From NCBI GenBank assembly GCA_045636565.1, contig JAZTXU010000255.1:1-49803 (forward strand): a DNA stretch of 49,803 bases, given 5' to 3'. Made by a program: the position numbers and the translations under genes. Below, piece after piece: positions 9,008-18,389 of this stretch (positions are counted from its first letter, which is position 1; every line of letters starts with the position of its first letter). This DNA comes from Acutalibacteraceae bacterium (GTDB lineage: Bacteria > Bacillota > Clostridia > Oscillospirales > Acutalibacteraceae). Below the pieces are notes generated by a model, which was given only the letters and a program-made list of their open reading frames with translations, was not told where the DNA came from and did not search any database.

Positions 9008-11647
9008 TTATACTAATAACGGACTAACGCCTGTCTGCATTACTACACCATTGTGGTAGCTTATAACTTTTTCGCCAACAATAGCACCATCAATCTCATT
9101 TACGATACGAATGGTTTGTGTGCTGCCACTGCTGTTATTTGAGTTTGCCGCCATCATAGCCCTATATACACCGGCTTCAATACCTGAAACAATCTGATCG
9201 TTATTTGCAACCGCCGTTTTATGGCCTATCTGTCCTACAAGCTCAGGGCCTGCTTCTCTTGCTATAAACATCTGACCTTCAGAAACAATACCACCGCTTG
9301 CCAGTGTAGGAATATTAGGTATTCTTACGTCTGCAAAGGAAATATTTGCGCCAAATGCTTTTGCAATACCAAGCACTATAAGCCTAATAGGTGCAAGTAA
9401 TATGTTAAGGCCGTCTATCCACTTATTTGCAAACCAGATTATTCCGTTTACCATAGCTTTAAAGCCGGCTTTTATGCCTTCCCATATAATATCAAATACG
9501 GCAGCTATTCTGTTACCCATAGCCTTCATTTTATCTACAAGGAAATTCCAGTTAGGTGCAATCGCAGCTGCTAAAGATATACCACCTGCGGCAATAAGGC
9601 CTAAACCTAAAGGAATTCCTGCACCGGTAAATAAGAGGATTGCACCAAGAGCTATAAGCGCGGCACCGACAACAGCTGCAATAATGGAAACCGTCTTTTT
9701 GGTTTGGTCGCTTATACCGTTCCAGTTTGGTGCAACTGCTGAGAACAAGGTAGCAGCACCTACCGCCATAAGTCCTATACCTAAAGGTATTCCCACACCC
9801 GAGAACGCAAGGATAGCACCAAGTGCTAAGAATGCGCCGCCTACAACAGTTCCTATTGTCTGTATTACCGAGCTTACCTTATTTGTGGAAGCATCCCAAT
9901 TAAGCTTTGCAGAGGTTGCTATACTTACAGCTCCTGCAAGAAGGAAACCAATACCCAAAGGGATATTTGCACCGGTAAATGCAAGTAAAGCACCGAGCAC
10001 AAGTAATGCGCCACCCACCATTCCGGATATTGCTCCTAAAGTGTTTTTTACACTCGGATTTAAACTGTCCCAATTAATGGCCACTGCTGAAAGTAACGTT
10101 GCTGCACCTGCTGCCAAAAATGCAATACCAAGCGGTATATTTGCACCCGTAAAGGCAAAGAGTCCACCAAGGGCTAGAAGTGCGCCACCAACTATAGCGG
10201 TAAGCGTTGCAAGTGTAGTAGTAAACGGATTAACAAGAAAGCCCCAATCTATTGCAACCGCAAGTGCTGCTATTCCGCCTATCATAAGGCCAAGGCCTAA
10301 AGGTACGTTTGCACCGGTGAATGTAAGAATTGCACCTATTGCAAGCATTGCGCCACCAACAATTGCTGAAATCTCACCAATTGTTTGCTTTATCTTTTCT
10401 TTAAGTGCCTCAACGTCGCCTGCGTTTATATCTTTAAGGAAGTTATACTCTAAGGGCTTCATATCCCCTAAAGCACCGCCACCAACACCACCGGCTCCTG
10501 CTCCACTGTCTGCTTCAGGGTTAGAGATAATGTTAAGCTCATCAAACCCCATAAGCTGTTTCTTTATCTTTTTTAAGGTACCCGAAACACCGTCAAGGGA
10601 ATCTTCAGCATCATCAAAGCTTTCACCCATATTTTCACCAAGTCCTGAATAATCTATTTTCGGTAACTCAAATCCGAAATAATTGGCTATAGCGTTTGCA
10701 GCGTCTGTCAGTCCCTCAACCATAACCTGAACGTAAGGTATAAACTGTGTAACAATTACGCTGACTATATTACCTAAAGCACGCCCTAGTTGTGTAAGCT
10801 GTGCTTTTAATATTCTTATTGCGTTTGCGGGAGTTACAAGCGTTCTTGCCATATCTCCCTGTATTGTTATGGATTTCTCCATAATGTAGTTATATCTGAG
10901 TAACGATTTCTCAGCCTGTGTCATAGATCTTACGGAAGCGTCTATTCCTTTAGAAAGTGCATACTCCTGAAGTGATGCCACCGTTGTATCTATACCGAAC
11001 TGTCTAAGACCTTTTACCTGTCCGCTCATTGCGGAAGATAACTTTTCAAAGGCAGTTTCTACGTCGGTATTAAAGAAGGATGCCATATCGTAAGAAAGCT
11101 GAGTTAAGTTCTGAGACATAATATCTGCAGACTCTGTGGCTACACCGAAACCACTTGTAAGCTGTTTAAAGGTACCTTGGTAGTTCATCCACTCAGCAAT
11201 ATCTATGCCAATTAGCTTCTGTACGCTCTCAGCATAGGCATAGGCTCCTTCTGCGGCATCTCCCATAGTTACGTTAAAAAGGTTTAAAGTCTCAATATAG
11301 TCGTTACTTTCGTTAAACCAATTTCCCATAATATTGGCTACTGCCTTAAATGCACCATACAAAGTGTGCCATTTGGCGATCTTCTGAGTAAGGCTATCTG
11401 AAAAGCTCTTAGTGGTCTTATTCGCATTTTTAGCAGATTTATCGTAGTTATTAATACCTTTTGTGGTCTTATTTGCTGCAGTTGTAGTTTTATTCAGAGA
11501 GCCTGTAGCCTTGGTGCCAGCCGTATTAAATACCCCTAAAACACTATTTAGCTTATTGAATCTGCCTATTAAGTTATCTACCGCAGCAGTTGCCGCCTTA
11601 CTTTCGGCTGTTATCTGGATATTAAGTTGATCAATAGTTAGAGCCAT
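9008..11647 (-). CDS. Tape measure protein (879 aa)
   Basis: Largest tail gene, following the frameshifted chaperone pair. Helical N-terminal region, a repeated hydrophobic core, and a C-terminal region. Confidence 0.85.
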   Translation of the reverse strand: MALTIDQLNIQITAESKAATAAVDNLIGRFNKLNSVLGVFNTAGTKATGSLNKTTTAANKTTKGINNYDKSAKNANKTTKSFSDSLTQKIAKWHTLYGAFKAVANIMGNWFNESNDYIETLNLFNVTMGDAAEGAYAYAESVQKLIGIDIAEWMNYQGTFKQLTSGFGVATESADIMSQNLTQLSYDMASFFNTDVETAFEKLSSAMSGQVKGLRQFGIDTTVASLQEYALSKGIDASVRSMTQAEKSLLRYNYIMEKSITIQGDMARTLVTPANAIRILKAQLTQLGRALGNIVSVIVTQFIPYVQVMVEGLTDAANAIANYFGFELPKIDYSGLGENMGESFDDAEDSLDGVSGTLKKIKKQLMGFDELNIISNPEADSGAGAGGVGGGALGDMKPLEYNFLKDINAGDVEALKEKIKQTIGEISAIVGGAMLAIGAILTFTGANVPLGLGLMIGGIAALAVAIDWGFLVNPFTTTLATLTAIVGGALLALGGLFAFTGANIPLGIAFLAAGAATLLSAVAINWDSLNPSVKNTLGAISGMVGGALLVLGALLAFTGANIPLGIGFLLAGAVSIATSAKLNWDASTNKVSSVIQTIGTVVGGAFLALGAILAFSGVGIPLGIGLMAVGAATLFSAVAPNWNGISDQTKKTVSIIAAVVGAALIALGAILLFTGAGIPLGLGLIAAGGISLAAAIAPNWNFLVDKMKAMGNRIAAVFDIIWEGIKAGFKAMVNGIIWFANKWIDGLNILLAPIRLIVLGIAKAFGANISFADVRIPNIPTLASGGIVSEGQMFIAREAGPELVGQIGHKTAVANNDQIVSGIEAGVYRAMMAANSNNSSGSTQTIRIVNEIDGAIVGEKVISYHNGVVMQTGVSPLLV
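9540..10380 (-). repeat. Five tandem units of about 50 aa inside the tape measure, each with two glycine-zipper TM segments
   Basis: Units resemble IVGGALLALGGLFAFTGANIPLGIAFLAAGAATLLSAVAINWD. Five diverged copies each end in DW/NW. Confidence 0.8.
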
Positions 11648-11664
11648 AGACAGACCCTCCTTTA

Positions 11665-12099
11665 TTATTCGGCTCTGGCTCTATGGCTCCGGCTCTTACT
11701 ATTATTTATACGCACAAAGTTTTCCATCCAAGCTGCCGCTTTCTGCTGCTCTATTTCAACTTCTTTGGCTTTTTCAGCCTCAGTCTTTGCTTTGTGCTTA
11801 AAGCTATACGGTTCTTTTGCGTATTCTCTTGCTGTTGTGGTTTTTCCTCGGAGTGCATTATGTAATGCTGTAGAAAGTGCATCATAGAAATACATTCCTT
11901 GTAACCACGCAGCGTTATTTTGTTCTTCTTGCTTTATTAAATATGCCTTGCGGTAGTATCGGGCAAGAATCGGATCTCCCGCCCAATACTCCCGATAGGT
12001 CATACCGATGGCAAGATAAAACGGAAATGCTTCTTCAAATATTTCCGCGTTTGTCTTTTCTCGCGTGGGAGCGCTTTCCTTTAGAAGTTCGCATCCCAC
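11665..12099 (-). CDS. T-extension of the tail assembly chaperone, expressed by a -1 frameshift from 12081-12416
   Basis: Open in the -1 frame relative to the upstream ORF through the 19-nt overlap. There is no convincing independent RBS, and the ORF-track start is a GTG. Confidence 0.65.
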   Translation of the reverse strand: MGCELLKESAPTREKTNAEIFEEAFPFYLAIGMTYREYWAGDPILARYYRKAYLIKQEEQNNAAWLQGMYFYDALSTALHNALRGKTTTAREYAKEPYSFKHKAKTEAEKAKEVEIEQQKAAAWMENFVRINNSKSRSHRARAE

Positions 12100-12416
12100 G
12101 CTATCGCGTTTCCCTCGTCAATGCTTTCATCATCTATTAGGGTTTCCATAGGCTCTGCATACATTTCTGCAAGCTTTTCTACAAGAGCCTGTTTGTTCTT
12201 GAAAAGCTCGAAAATTCCGTCAATTTCTTTCTGTTTTATGTCGTATCTATGGTGTGCTTTGAATGCACCGGCAAATAGCTTAGGTAAAGTATTCATAGGT
12301 TTTGTTATAATATCGTTTGCAACAAAACCCTCTCTTTCCATCTGTTTTACCGTTTCTCTCGTATATTCCAGCGTATATTCTTTGCCTTTATACTCAAAAT
12401 TTAACTGTTTGGCCAT
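12081..12416 (-). CDS. Tail assembly chaperone (gpG-like)
   Basis: 111 aa, between the major tail protein and the tape measure. Overlaps a -1 frame ORF. Confidence 0.75.
   Translation of the reverse strand: MAKQLNFEYKGKEYTLEYTRETVKQMEREGFVANDIITKPMNTLPKLFAGAFKAHHRYDIKQKEIDGIFELFKNKQALVEKLAEMYAEPMETLIDDESIDEGNAIAWDANF
12108..12114 (-). promoter_or_regulatory. Programmed -1 ribosomal frameshift slippery heptamer G GGA AAC
   Basis: The minus strand reads gac gaG GGA AAC gcg in the zero frame. The -1 frame continues CGC GAT AGC GTG GGA TGC..., which is the 11665-12099 reading frame. Confidence 0.7.
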
Positions 12417-12434
12417 CGGTTTGTCCTCCTAAAA

Positions 12435-12899
12435 TTAACTAGATTTAGTTTCCCACGCAGGTGCGTTTGTAGGGGTAATATACAAATTAGTTTCCAATAC
12501 CGAGTTTACACTCATTGCAGGTAGTCCCATTGCTGAAGGCTGCCCGGTGAAATATACCGCCTTAGGCAGCTTCGGATGTTTTACCTCAAACCAAACAGCT
12601 TTTCCTGAAGTTTCCGCTGTTTTGTATTCTTCTACAAGCTCTCCCCACGCTGTTTCAAGCTCTGTCGTGTAGTTTGCAAGGAAACTAAGTGCGCCGCCTA
12701 AATCTTTAAGGCCTTCTATGTAGGTCTTATACTCGGTTTCGGCAAGGGTTGTGGTTTCCAGCGTTTCAGGCTCAGGGTTCATTTCCGGTACTTCTTTTAT
12801 ATCCGGAATAACGGTATAGCCCGTAGTAGGTCTTGTTTTTGCTGTAGTTTCTACGGCATAACCAACGGTTACGCCCGCAGTAGATAATGCAATGCCCAT
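12435..12899 (-). CDS. Major tail protein
   Basis: 154 aa, just upstream of the chaperone pair. No sheath gene is present. Confidence 0.7.
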   Translation of the reverse strand: MGIALSTAGVTVGYAVETTAKTRPTTGYTVIPDIKEVPEMNPEPETLETTTLAETEYKTYIEGLKDLGGALSFLANYTTELETAWGELVEEYKTAETSGKAVWFEVKHPKLPKAVYFTGQPSAMGLPAMSVNSVLETNLYITPTNAPAWETKSS

Positions 12900-12914
12900 A
12901 TTTTTATACCTCCA

Positions 12915-13298
12915 TTAAATTACGTTATTTTTTCTGTATCTTGACATTCTGCGGTTTATTGTAGTATCTGTGTTAGGAACAATTTCACAAAATGTTCTTT
13001 CATATCCAAATCCACTCATAACGTCTGAAATAACTGCTGTTATTGCTTTTGTTTCTTGCTCTTTTCCTTTTTCAAGGTTACTGCAAACCTCCGCCTTATA
13101 GTCCTCGGTTATTACACTTTCAAGGTTATTAAAGGTGGAATATTCCGAGCGTATGGCGTTATTTGTCTGCACAAAAGATACTGCAGGGAATTTCGGCGGC
13201 GAGGATGTTAATTCAGCACCGATAATATAAATATTTTTAAAGTTTTCTCTGAGAGCCTTTGCCACTGCATTAAAAACTTCATTTTCTTTATCTATCAC
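12915..13298 (-). CDS. Tail terminator / tail completion protein candidate
   Basis: 127 aa, in the head-tail joining block; called by position. Confidence 0.4.
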   Translation of the reverse strand: MIDKENEVFNAVAKALRENFKNIYIIGAELTSSPPKFPAVSFVQTNNAIRSEYSTFNNLESVITEDYKAEVCSNLEKGKEQETKAITAVISDVMSGFGYERTFCEIVPNTDTTINRRMSRYRKNNVI

Positions 13299-13813
13299 GA
13301 GCTGAACACCTCCTTTGCAAGTCTAGGAAATTCTCTTTGTATCTCTAGCGCCGTTTCATACATAAACGGACGGCTTACCATACCTTCTGTGAACCTATAC
13401 CCTCCGTCATCGGTAGGGTAGATCCAGCCGACTCTGCCGTTTTTTGTGGTAAATATCTTCGGTCCTGAGGCATACTGCCACGCAGCTTTTGCTAAATATT
13501 CACCGTTTTTGTGGGGTGAATTCTGACCTTTAACACCGGTACCAAACTCCACAAAGGCAACGTGATCGCTTGTAACTCTTACAAACCCGGTATTAAGTAG
13601 CGGTGAAAAATATCCGTCCACTCCCGAAAGGAGTTCTCCGGAATAGTAAGCGCCCATACTAACTATTTTCACACGAGCTACCTCTGCACCTAGGTCTGTT
13701 AATCTTTGAACTAACAGTTGAGTTTTACGCTCTACGTCCTTTTTGTATTGCTGTAGTTCCTTTATGGCGTTTGCGATACCCTGAGGGTCAAGGCTTACGG
13801 TTATTGTCTTCAC
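13295..13813 (-). CDS. HK97 gp10-like head-tail adaptor / tail completion protein
   Basis: VAFVEFGTGVKG motif and position. 4-nt overlaps with its neighbours. Confidence 0.55.
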   Translation of the reverse strand: MKTITVSLDPQGIANAIKELQQYKKDVERKTQLLVQRLTDLGAEVARVKIVSMGAYYSGELLSGVDGYFSPLLNTGFVRVTSDHVAFVEFGTGVKGQNSPHKNGEYLAKAAWQYASGPKIFTTKNGRVGWIYPTDDGGYRFTEGMVSRPFMYETALEIQREFPRLAKEVFSS

Positions 13814-14160
13814 GATACGTTCACCCGCCTTATGGCGTATCTTATACAGTTAAGGGAACGGCTTACTGCTGCTACCTCGTAATTATGTGTGTCGGCGGTA
13901 TTTCTACCGTCCAACCACAAATGAGTGTATTCATCAATAGGGCACGTCATATCGTGGGTTGACATTTCTCTATCATAGTTAAGGTCTGCTCCAAAGCTTT
14001 GAGCTGAAGCTTCACCCTTATTTGCCGATAATACCATTTCGGTTTTCTGAGGTTCACTATACCCCTTAATATCTGCGGTGTTGCCCCATTCATCTTGGTC
14101 TATGGAAATATTTAAAAGGGAATACCAAATTGTCTGTTGGTTTTTCTTTAAATCTCTCAT
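13810..14160 (-). CDS. Head closure / head-tail joining protein
   Basis: 116 aa; called by position in the connector block. Confidence 0.45.
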   Translation of the reverse strand: MRDLKKNQQTIWYSLLNISIDQDEWGNTADIKGYSEPQKTEMVLSANKGEASAQSFGADLNYDREMSTHDMTCPIDEYTHLWLDGRNTADTHNYEVAAVSRSLNCIRYAIRRVNVS

Positions 14161-14462
14161 ACAACACCCGCTTTCGGGGTTATTTCTCTAAGTAGTTCCT
14201 CAGATATACCCGCACTTGAATATTTACGGTTTACACCATTTTCACTGTGCTCGAATTCACCTTCAGCACCACGTTTTGCTATCATTTCAACAGCTATACG
14301 GATTTGTAAGTCCATATATCTGCTTTCAAGCTCATCGGGCGGATCTTTAAATGGAAAGCGGCGGGATAAAATAACCGCCTTTGCGCTCTCCAATATATCC
14401 TCCAGCTCTATATCATTTATGTTTTCTGTGATCCTTATCTTTAAGCGTTCAAGCTGTGTCAT
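14157..14462 (-). CDS. gp6-like head-tail connector protein
   Basis: 101 aa directly after the major capsid gene. N-terminal pattern MTQLERLKIRITENINDIELEDILESAK. Confidence 0.5.
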   Translation of the reverse strand: MTQLERLKIRITENINDIELEDILESAKAVILSRRFPFKDPPDELESRYMDLQIRIAVEMIAKRGAEGEFEHSENGVNRKYSSAGISEELLREITPKAGVV

Positions 14463-14487
14463 TTTATCCCACCACCTTTAAACAAAA

Positions 14488-15282
14488 TTATGCTTTTACC
14501 ATCTTTACTGCCTTAGTAGCATCTGTAAGTGCTGCAAGGTAGTATTTTCTTGAAATGATGGTATTTTTACGGATATTTGCGTCACTTGAATCTCTAGGAG
14601 GCTGTTCAACCTCTGTGCCTCTCTTATTGAAAAGCGTTACTGCGTCCTTAGTAGCTATGATTATAGTACCGGGATCTGCGTCCTTCTTAGTATAAAGATT
14701 TATACCGGCTACAGTTCCTACGTAGCCACTCTTTACAAACGCTTCAACGTATTTAAGATCGTCTTTCAGGTTCTTTCTAAGAGCCGCCATATCTGCAGGA
14801 GATACGAATCCGAAAATAGATACGTTTTCAAGATTCTCAAGGTTAAGAACTGCCTGTGCATCTACAAAGGCTGCGAAGTCAAAAGCGGTAGGTGCAGTTG
14901 TAAGAGTTGCCTTATTGAACTCTGCAAATATATCTGCATTTACCGTATTGAACATATCTGTTCCCATATGTCTTGTACCTACAGGAACTAACATAGGATC
15001 TATCATTGCCTGCTCATCGTAGTATTCAAATCTGTTCTGAGCAAGTAAGATCCTGTATTCTTCTTCAGTATATGATACTTCTATGCTCTTAGTGTTACCT
15101 TCCCCCATTGCAAGCTTCTGAGTTCCGTCAGTTGCTCTATAGACGTTAATTTTCCTAAGCATTCCTGCTGTGCCTACAAGACTGTTATCCACATTACAGA
15201 ACTGCTGTAAGCTAAGGTGTGAATTGTACTGGTCCTCTACCTCGTTGGATAGATAAAAGTTATCATAAATAACGTGTGCCAT
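14488..15282 (-). CDS. Major capsid protein
   Basis: 264 aa following the scaffold gene. RBS ggaggtaattaata. Confidence 0.7.
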   Translation of the reverse strand: MAHVIYDNFYLSNEVEDQYNSHLSLQQFCNVDNSLVGTAGMLRKINVYRATDGTQKLAMGEGNTKSIEVSYTEEEYRILLAQNRFEYYDEQAMIDPMLVPVGTRHMGTDMFNTVNADIFAEFNKATLTTAPTAFDFAAFVDAQAVLNLENLENVSIFGFVSPADMAALRKNLKDDLKYVEAFVKSGYVGTVAGINLYTKKDADPGTIIIATKDAVTLFNKRGTEVEQPPRDSSDANIRKNTIISRKYYLAALTDATKAVKMVKA

Positions 15283-15284
15283 TA

Positions 15285-15857
15285 TTAATTACCTCCATAA
15301 ATCTTTTTGTATTCTTCAGGGTTTTTCTGAGAAAATTCAAACCTCTCCATAGGTGTCATTTCTCTGAATTTTTCTTTTGTCATAATTGCATCGTTTGCAC
15401 TCCACGATGCAGGGGGAGCAGGTGTTTCTTTTACTGCTTCTGCAAGCACTGCTTTCTTCTGTGCGTCCACAAATTTAGCCTGTGCTTTTATTACAGTAGC
15501 TGCATCACCTTTGTAAAGTGCTGTGGCAACCTCAGTAGCTAAAGCCTCATCATAGCCGATGGAGATTAACCCTTTGGCGTTTTCTGCTATAGCTTTATCT
15601 GCCTTTAGCTTTTCAAGTTCTGCCTCCATATTGGCGTATCTCTCAGCATCTGCCGCAGCCTTTGCCTCTGCTTCTGACATATTCGCTCTTAACTGTTTTT
15701 TGAAGTTTGCCGCCTCAGAAGCTACCTCGTCAAACCTTCTTTTGAGATTTTCGTATGCCGTATCATTTTTAGGCATATCTACCTCAAGTTTCATTACTTC
15801 CTCAATTGTCATACCTTCTTTGTACTTGTCCCCAAGTAAAGATTTTAAATCTGCCAT
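15285..15857 (-). CDS. Scaffolding protein (GP20-like)
   Basis: 190 aa, Ala/Glu/Lys-rich helical protein between the Mu F-like gene and the capsid gene. Confidence 0.65.
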   Translation of the reverse strand: MADLKSLLGDKYKEGMTIEEVMKLEVDMPKNDTAYENLKRRFDEVASEAANFKKQLRANMSEAEAKAAADAERYANMEAELEKLKADKAIAENAKGLISIGYDEALATEVATALYKGDAATVIKAQAKFVDAQKKAVLAEAVKETPAPPASWSANDAIMTKEKFREMTPMERFEFSQKNPEEYKKIYGGN

Positions 15858-15920
15858 AGAATAATTTACCTCCTGTGTTTACAGTTCTCTCTGTTTATGT
15901 GTTTTTGTGGCTTCTCTGCC

Positions 15921-16553
15921 TTATTTTACTGGTATTAAATAGCACCTACAGTTGTAGTGTTGCTTCGGGGGAGCGTCTTTGAGTTTAAAAACCTCACCGT
16001 CAAGCTCTGCGCATACACCGCAGGTTTTGTGGTCCTGTTCGGAAACCCACTTTACTTTTTCAACGCCAACGGCTTTGAATACTTCTCTTGTAACGGAATC
16101 TTCAAGCTCAATGGCGTATTGCTTTATTTGGCGTTTCAGTAGGTTTTCCGCCGTCTTATAGCTCTGAGTGCGTTCAAAAGTGCTGGCTACCAAACTTTCA
16201 AAAAGCCTTGACTCTTTACGGCCTATCTCGTTTGAAAAGACGTATTTGGTAACGGGGTTATATTCATCGAAGAATTCCTCAATCCAAGCTTCGTCTAGGT
16301 CCCGAATATCTCCGTCAAATCCAAGAGCTAAAGCTTCATCGTATATTTCTTCAGATATTTCGTTTAACACCTTTAAAAACTCTTGTTTTGCGGTCTTGAA
16401 GATTTTGTCATATAGCTTATGAACGTGTTTTTTTGTTTGTATTACGTTCATTTCATCAAACAGTGCCAGCCTATTATGTCGAAACTCTTTTTTTAGCTTC
16501 GTGATTATCTTCGCCGCCGCTTCGTCTGCTATCTTGTACGGTGTTCTTTTCAT
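15921..16553 (-). CDS. Minor head / head morphogenesis protein (SPP1 gp7 / Mu F-like)
   Basis: C-terminal motif VKWVSEQDHKTCGVCAELDGEVFKLKDAPPKQHYNCRCYLIPV. The start at MKRTPYK has RBS aaggagagg. The ORF-track start at 16577 is also possible. Confidence 0.75.
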   Translation of the reverse strand: MKRTPYKIADEAAAKIITKLKKEFRHNRLALFDEMNVIQTKKHVHKLYDKIFKTAKQEFLKVLNEISEEIYDEALALGFDGDIRDLDEAWIEEFFDEYNPVTKYVFSNEIGRKESRLFESLVASTFERTQSYKTAENLLKRQIKQYAIELEDSVTREVFKAVGVEKVKWVSEQDHKTCGVCAELDGEVFKLKDAPPKQHYNCRCYLIPVK

Positions 16554-17943
16554 CTTCTTCCTCTCCTTCCGCTTCATATAGCCACTTACCTAAATATTCG
16601 CGGCTATCGTTCCACACACTCTGAGGATCTGAATAAAGTCCACAGTTTGTAATAGCTATTAACGGGTGAATGCCTGCCTGTAACTGATTCATAAGACCCT
16701 GAGTTTTAACAAGCAAGCTATCCGTTCTGTTACGGCTAAACTTAACGTCTATATCTGAAAGCCTAAGTTTAGAAAGCTTATCCGGTGATACAATGCCTAT
16801 TATTTTCAGTACCACTTTAAGCATTTCTCTTTCACTTTCGGTAAAGGTCTGCTCCATACTTCTTGCGTGGTTTTCTGCTATCTGCCAGCCGTTAGAAAGC
16901 ATTATGGCCTGTCCTGTATTTCCACCGGTGGCTTGCTCTCTACCCGGTACACCTGCAATTTGAAGTATCTGCGTATATAGGTAATCTATTAGGGTCTGCG
17001 TCTGCGCTTGGTCTAGTGTTGCCGTAAGATACTGCACACTTGCAGGGTTTCCCGGTTCGCTTTTAGTAAGAAGTCCAAGCTTATCTTTAAGCTGCTCCAT
17101 CTGCTCGGTGTCTATATCGCAGTTATTCATCCATAAAATTGACTGTACGAACTGTGCCAAACCGTTAAGTCTATCTGAAGTTGCAGTATTCAGGGCATCA
17201 AGGAGCGGTAACACTCTCTCAAAGCAACCCATACGCTCGTTATCGTTTTTGTATTCTATTATGGGGATAATGCCCATTCTATTAGGCTTAATGGAAAGAA
17301 CCTTGAAATCTCCAAGGGTATTTCCTTCAAGCTCGTAATACCATTTGTTTGTATAGGCCCCAACTCTTATTGTGTAGGTATCTTGTAATACCACATAAGA
17401 AACTCCTATTGCAGGGCGTTTATATATATCGTTAAATTTCACCACAAATGATGTAGTGGGGTTTAAGCGGACCATATCAAAGACGGAGGTGCCTACAACC
17501 TTTTCTTTAGGCAGCACAATACGGTAACCAACTCCACAAACAGCAAGATCTTTACCAAGTGCTTGATCCTGTACCGCTTTGCCTTCCTCAAACATCATTT
17601 CGTTAAGTGCGGCTATGTTCTTATCATCGGTATCGCCCACATTACTGGCGGTATCGTTATTTGCTCTCTGAACAAATGTTATGGGAGATCCGAAAACGTA
17701 ACCCACTTTAAACGCCGTAATTTCTGCCGCGTGGTTTTCCACCGTCTTAAAGTTAATTTCAGGGCGTACTTCTTTTACACGCTCTAATATTGGCTGTTTG
17801 CCTTTTTCGTAATCCTGCAGATATTTAATCTCGGCGGCATTAAGGTTATGTATAGAAAACGCTTCTCGTAATATGTCCCCAATATTCTCGTTTGTTATTT
17901 CTTTTACGTCTGTAAAGATTTCTCTGCGACCTCTTAATTCCAT
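16474..17943 (-). CDS. Portal protein (SPP1-type)
   Basis: About 489 aa between terL and the Mu F-like gene. The start MELRGRREIF has RBS taggagtgttttt. Confidence 0.8.
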   Translation of the reverse strand: MELRGRREIFTDVKEITNENIGDILREAFSIHNLNAAEIKYLQDYEKGKQPILERVKEVRPEINFKTVENHAAEITAFKVGYVFGSPITFVQRANNDTASNVGDTDDKNIAALNEMMFEEGKAVQDQALGKDLAVCGVGYRIVLPKEKVVGTSVFDMVRLNPTTSFVVKFNDIYKRPAIGVSYVVLQDTYTIRVGAYTNKWYYELEGNTLGDFKVLSIKPNRMGIIPIIEYKNDNERMGCFERVLPLLDALNTATSDRLNGLAQFVQSILWMNNCDIDTEQMEQLKDKLGLLTKSEPGNPASVQYLTATLDQAQTQTLIDYLYTQILQIAGVPGREQATGGNTGQAIMLSNGWQIAENHARSMEQTFTESEREMLKVVLKIIGIVSPDKLSKLRLSDIDVKFSRNRTDSLLVKTQGLMNQLQAGIHPLIAITNCGLYSDPQSVWNDSREYLGKWLYEAEGEEEDEKNTVQDSRRSGGEDNHEAKKRVST

Positions 17944-17964
17944 AAAAACACTCCTAAAAACAAA

Positions 17965-17998
17965 ATGAGCCATAACACCCGAAGATGTTTTGGCTCAT
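17965..17998 (-). terminator. Hairpin plus T-tract immediately upstream of the portal RBS
   Basis: 13-bp stem atgagccaaaaca / tgttatggctcat (minus strand, 1 mismatch), followed by tttgttttt. Confidence 0.5.
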
Positions 17999-18126
17999 TG
18001 GCTCTTTATATTTATTTTTACTTCTTCCTTGCAGCATCTACACCACACGTAGATTGTGCCTTTTGTGGTCGTTTCCGTTGAAAACAACCATTTCCCACAA
18101 CGGGGACAATGTACCTTCACTATCAT
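17995..18126 (-). CDS. Com-like zinc-ribbon micro-protein (43 aa, below the ORF-track cutoff)
   Basis: RBS agaggg then ATG. Translation is MIVKVHCPRCGKWLFSTETTTKGTIYVWCRCCKEEVKINIKSQ, with CxxC...CxCC. Confidence 0.5.
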   Translation of the reverse strand: MIVKVHCPRCGKWLFSTETTTKGTIYVWCRCCKEEVKINIKSQ

Positions 18127-18328
18127 AATAATCCCTCTTTTTAAAAGGAGCTTCCGATATTACCGCCTCGGAAGTACGGCGGCGAAAAAAGAAAATGTAG
18201 CAAGCTTTATTTTATGTGTTAATTATATCACAATATTTGGTATTTGTCAATAGGTTATACACTATATGTAGTGTATGTAACAACAGCAAACACAATATGT
18301 TGTGGAAAACCACCCTTTATGGAATAAT

Positions 18329-18357
18329 TTGACAATCAGTTGTAAAAGTAGTATAAT
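18329..18357 (+). promoter_or_regulatory. Consensus sigma-70 promoter of the moron gene
   Basis: TTGACA, exactly 17 nt, TATAAT. Confidence 0.75.
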
Positions 18358-18389
18358 ATTTAAAAATTTACAAAAGAAGGGTTTATAAT

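Noticed and set aside
9402-10652. Long plus-strand ORF (416 aa) antisense to the tape measure gene
   Set aside because: It has no RBS. Its low-complexity Pro/Ala/Ile translation simply mirrors the Gly/Ala-rich repeats on the coding strand, so it is a shadow ORF.
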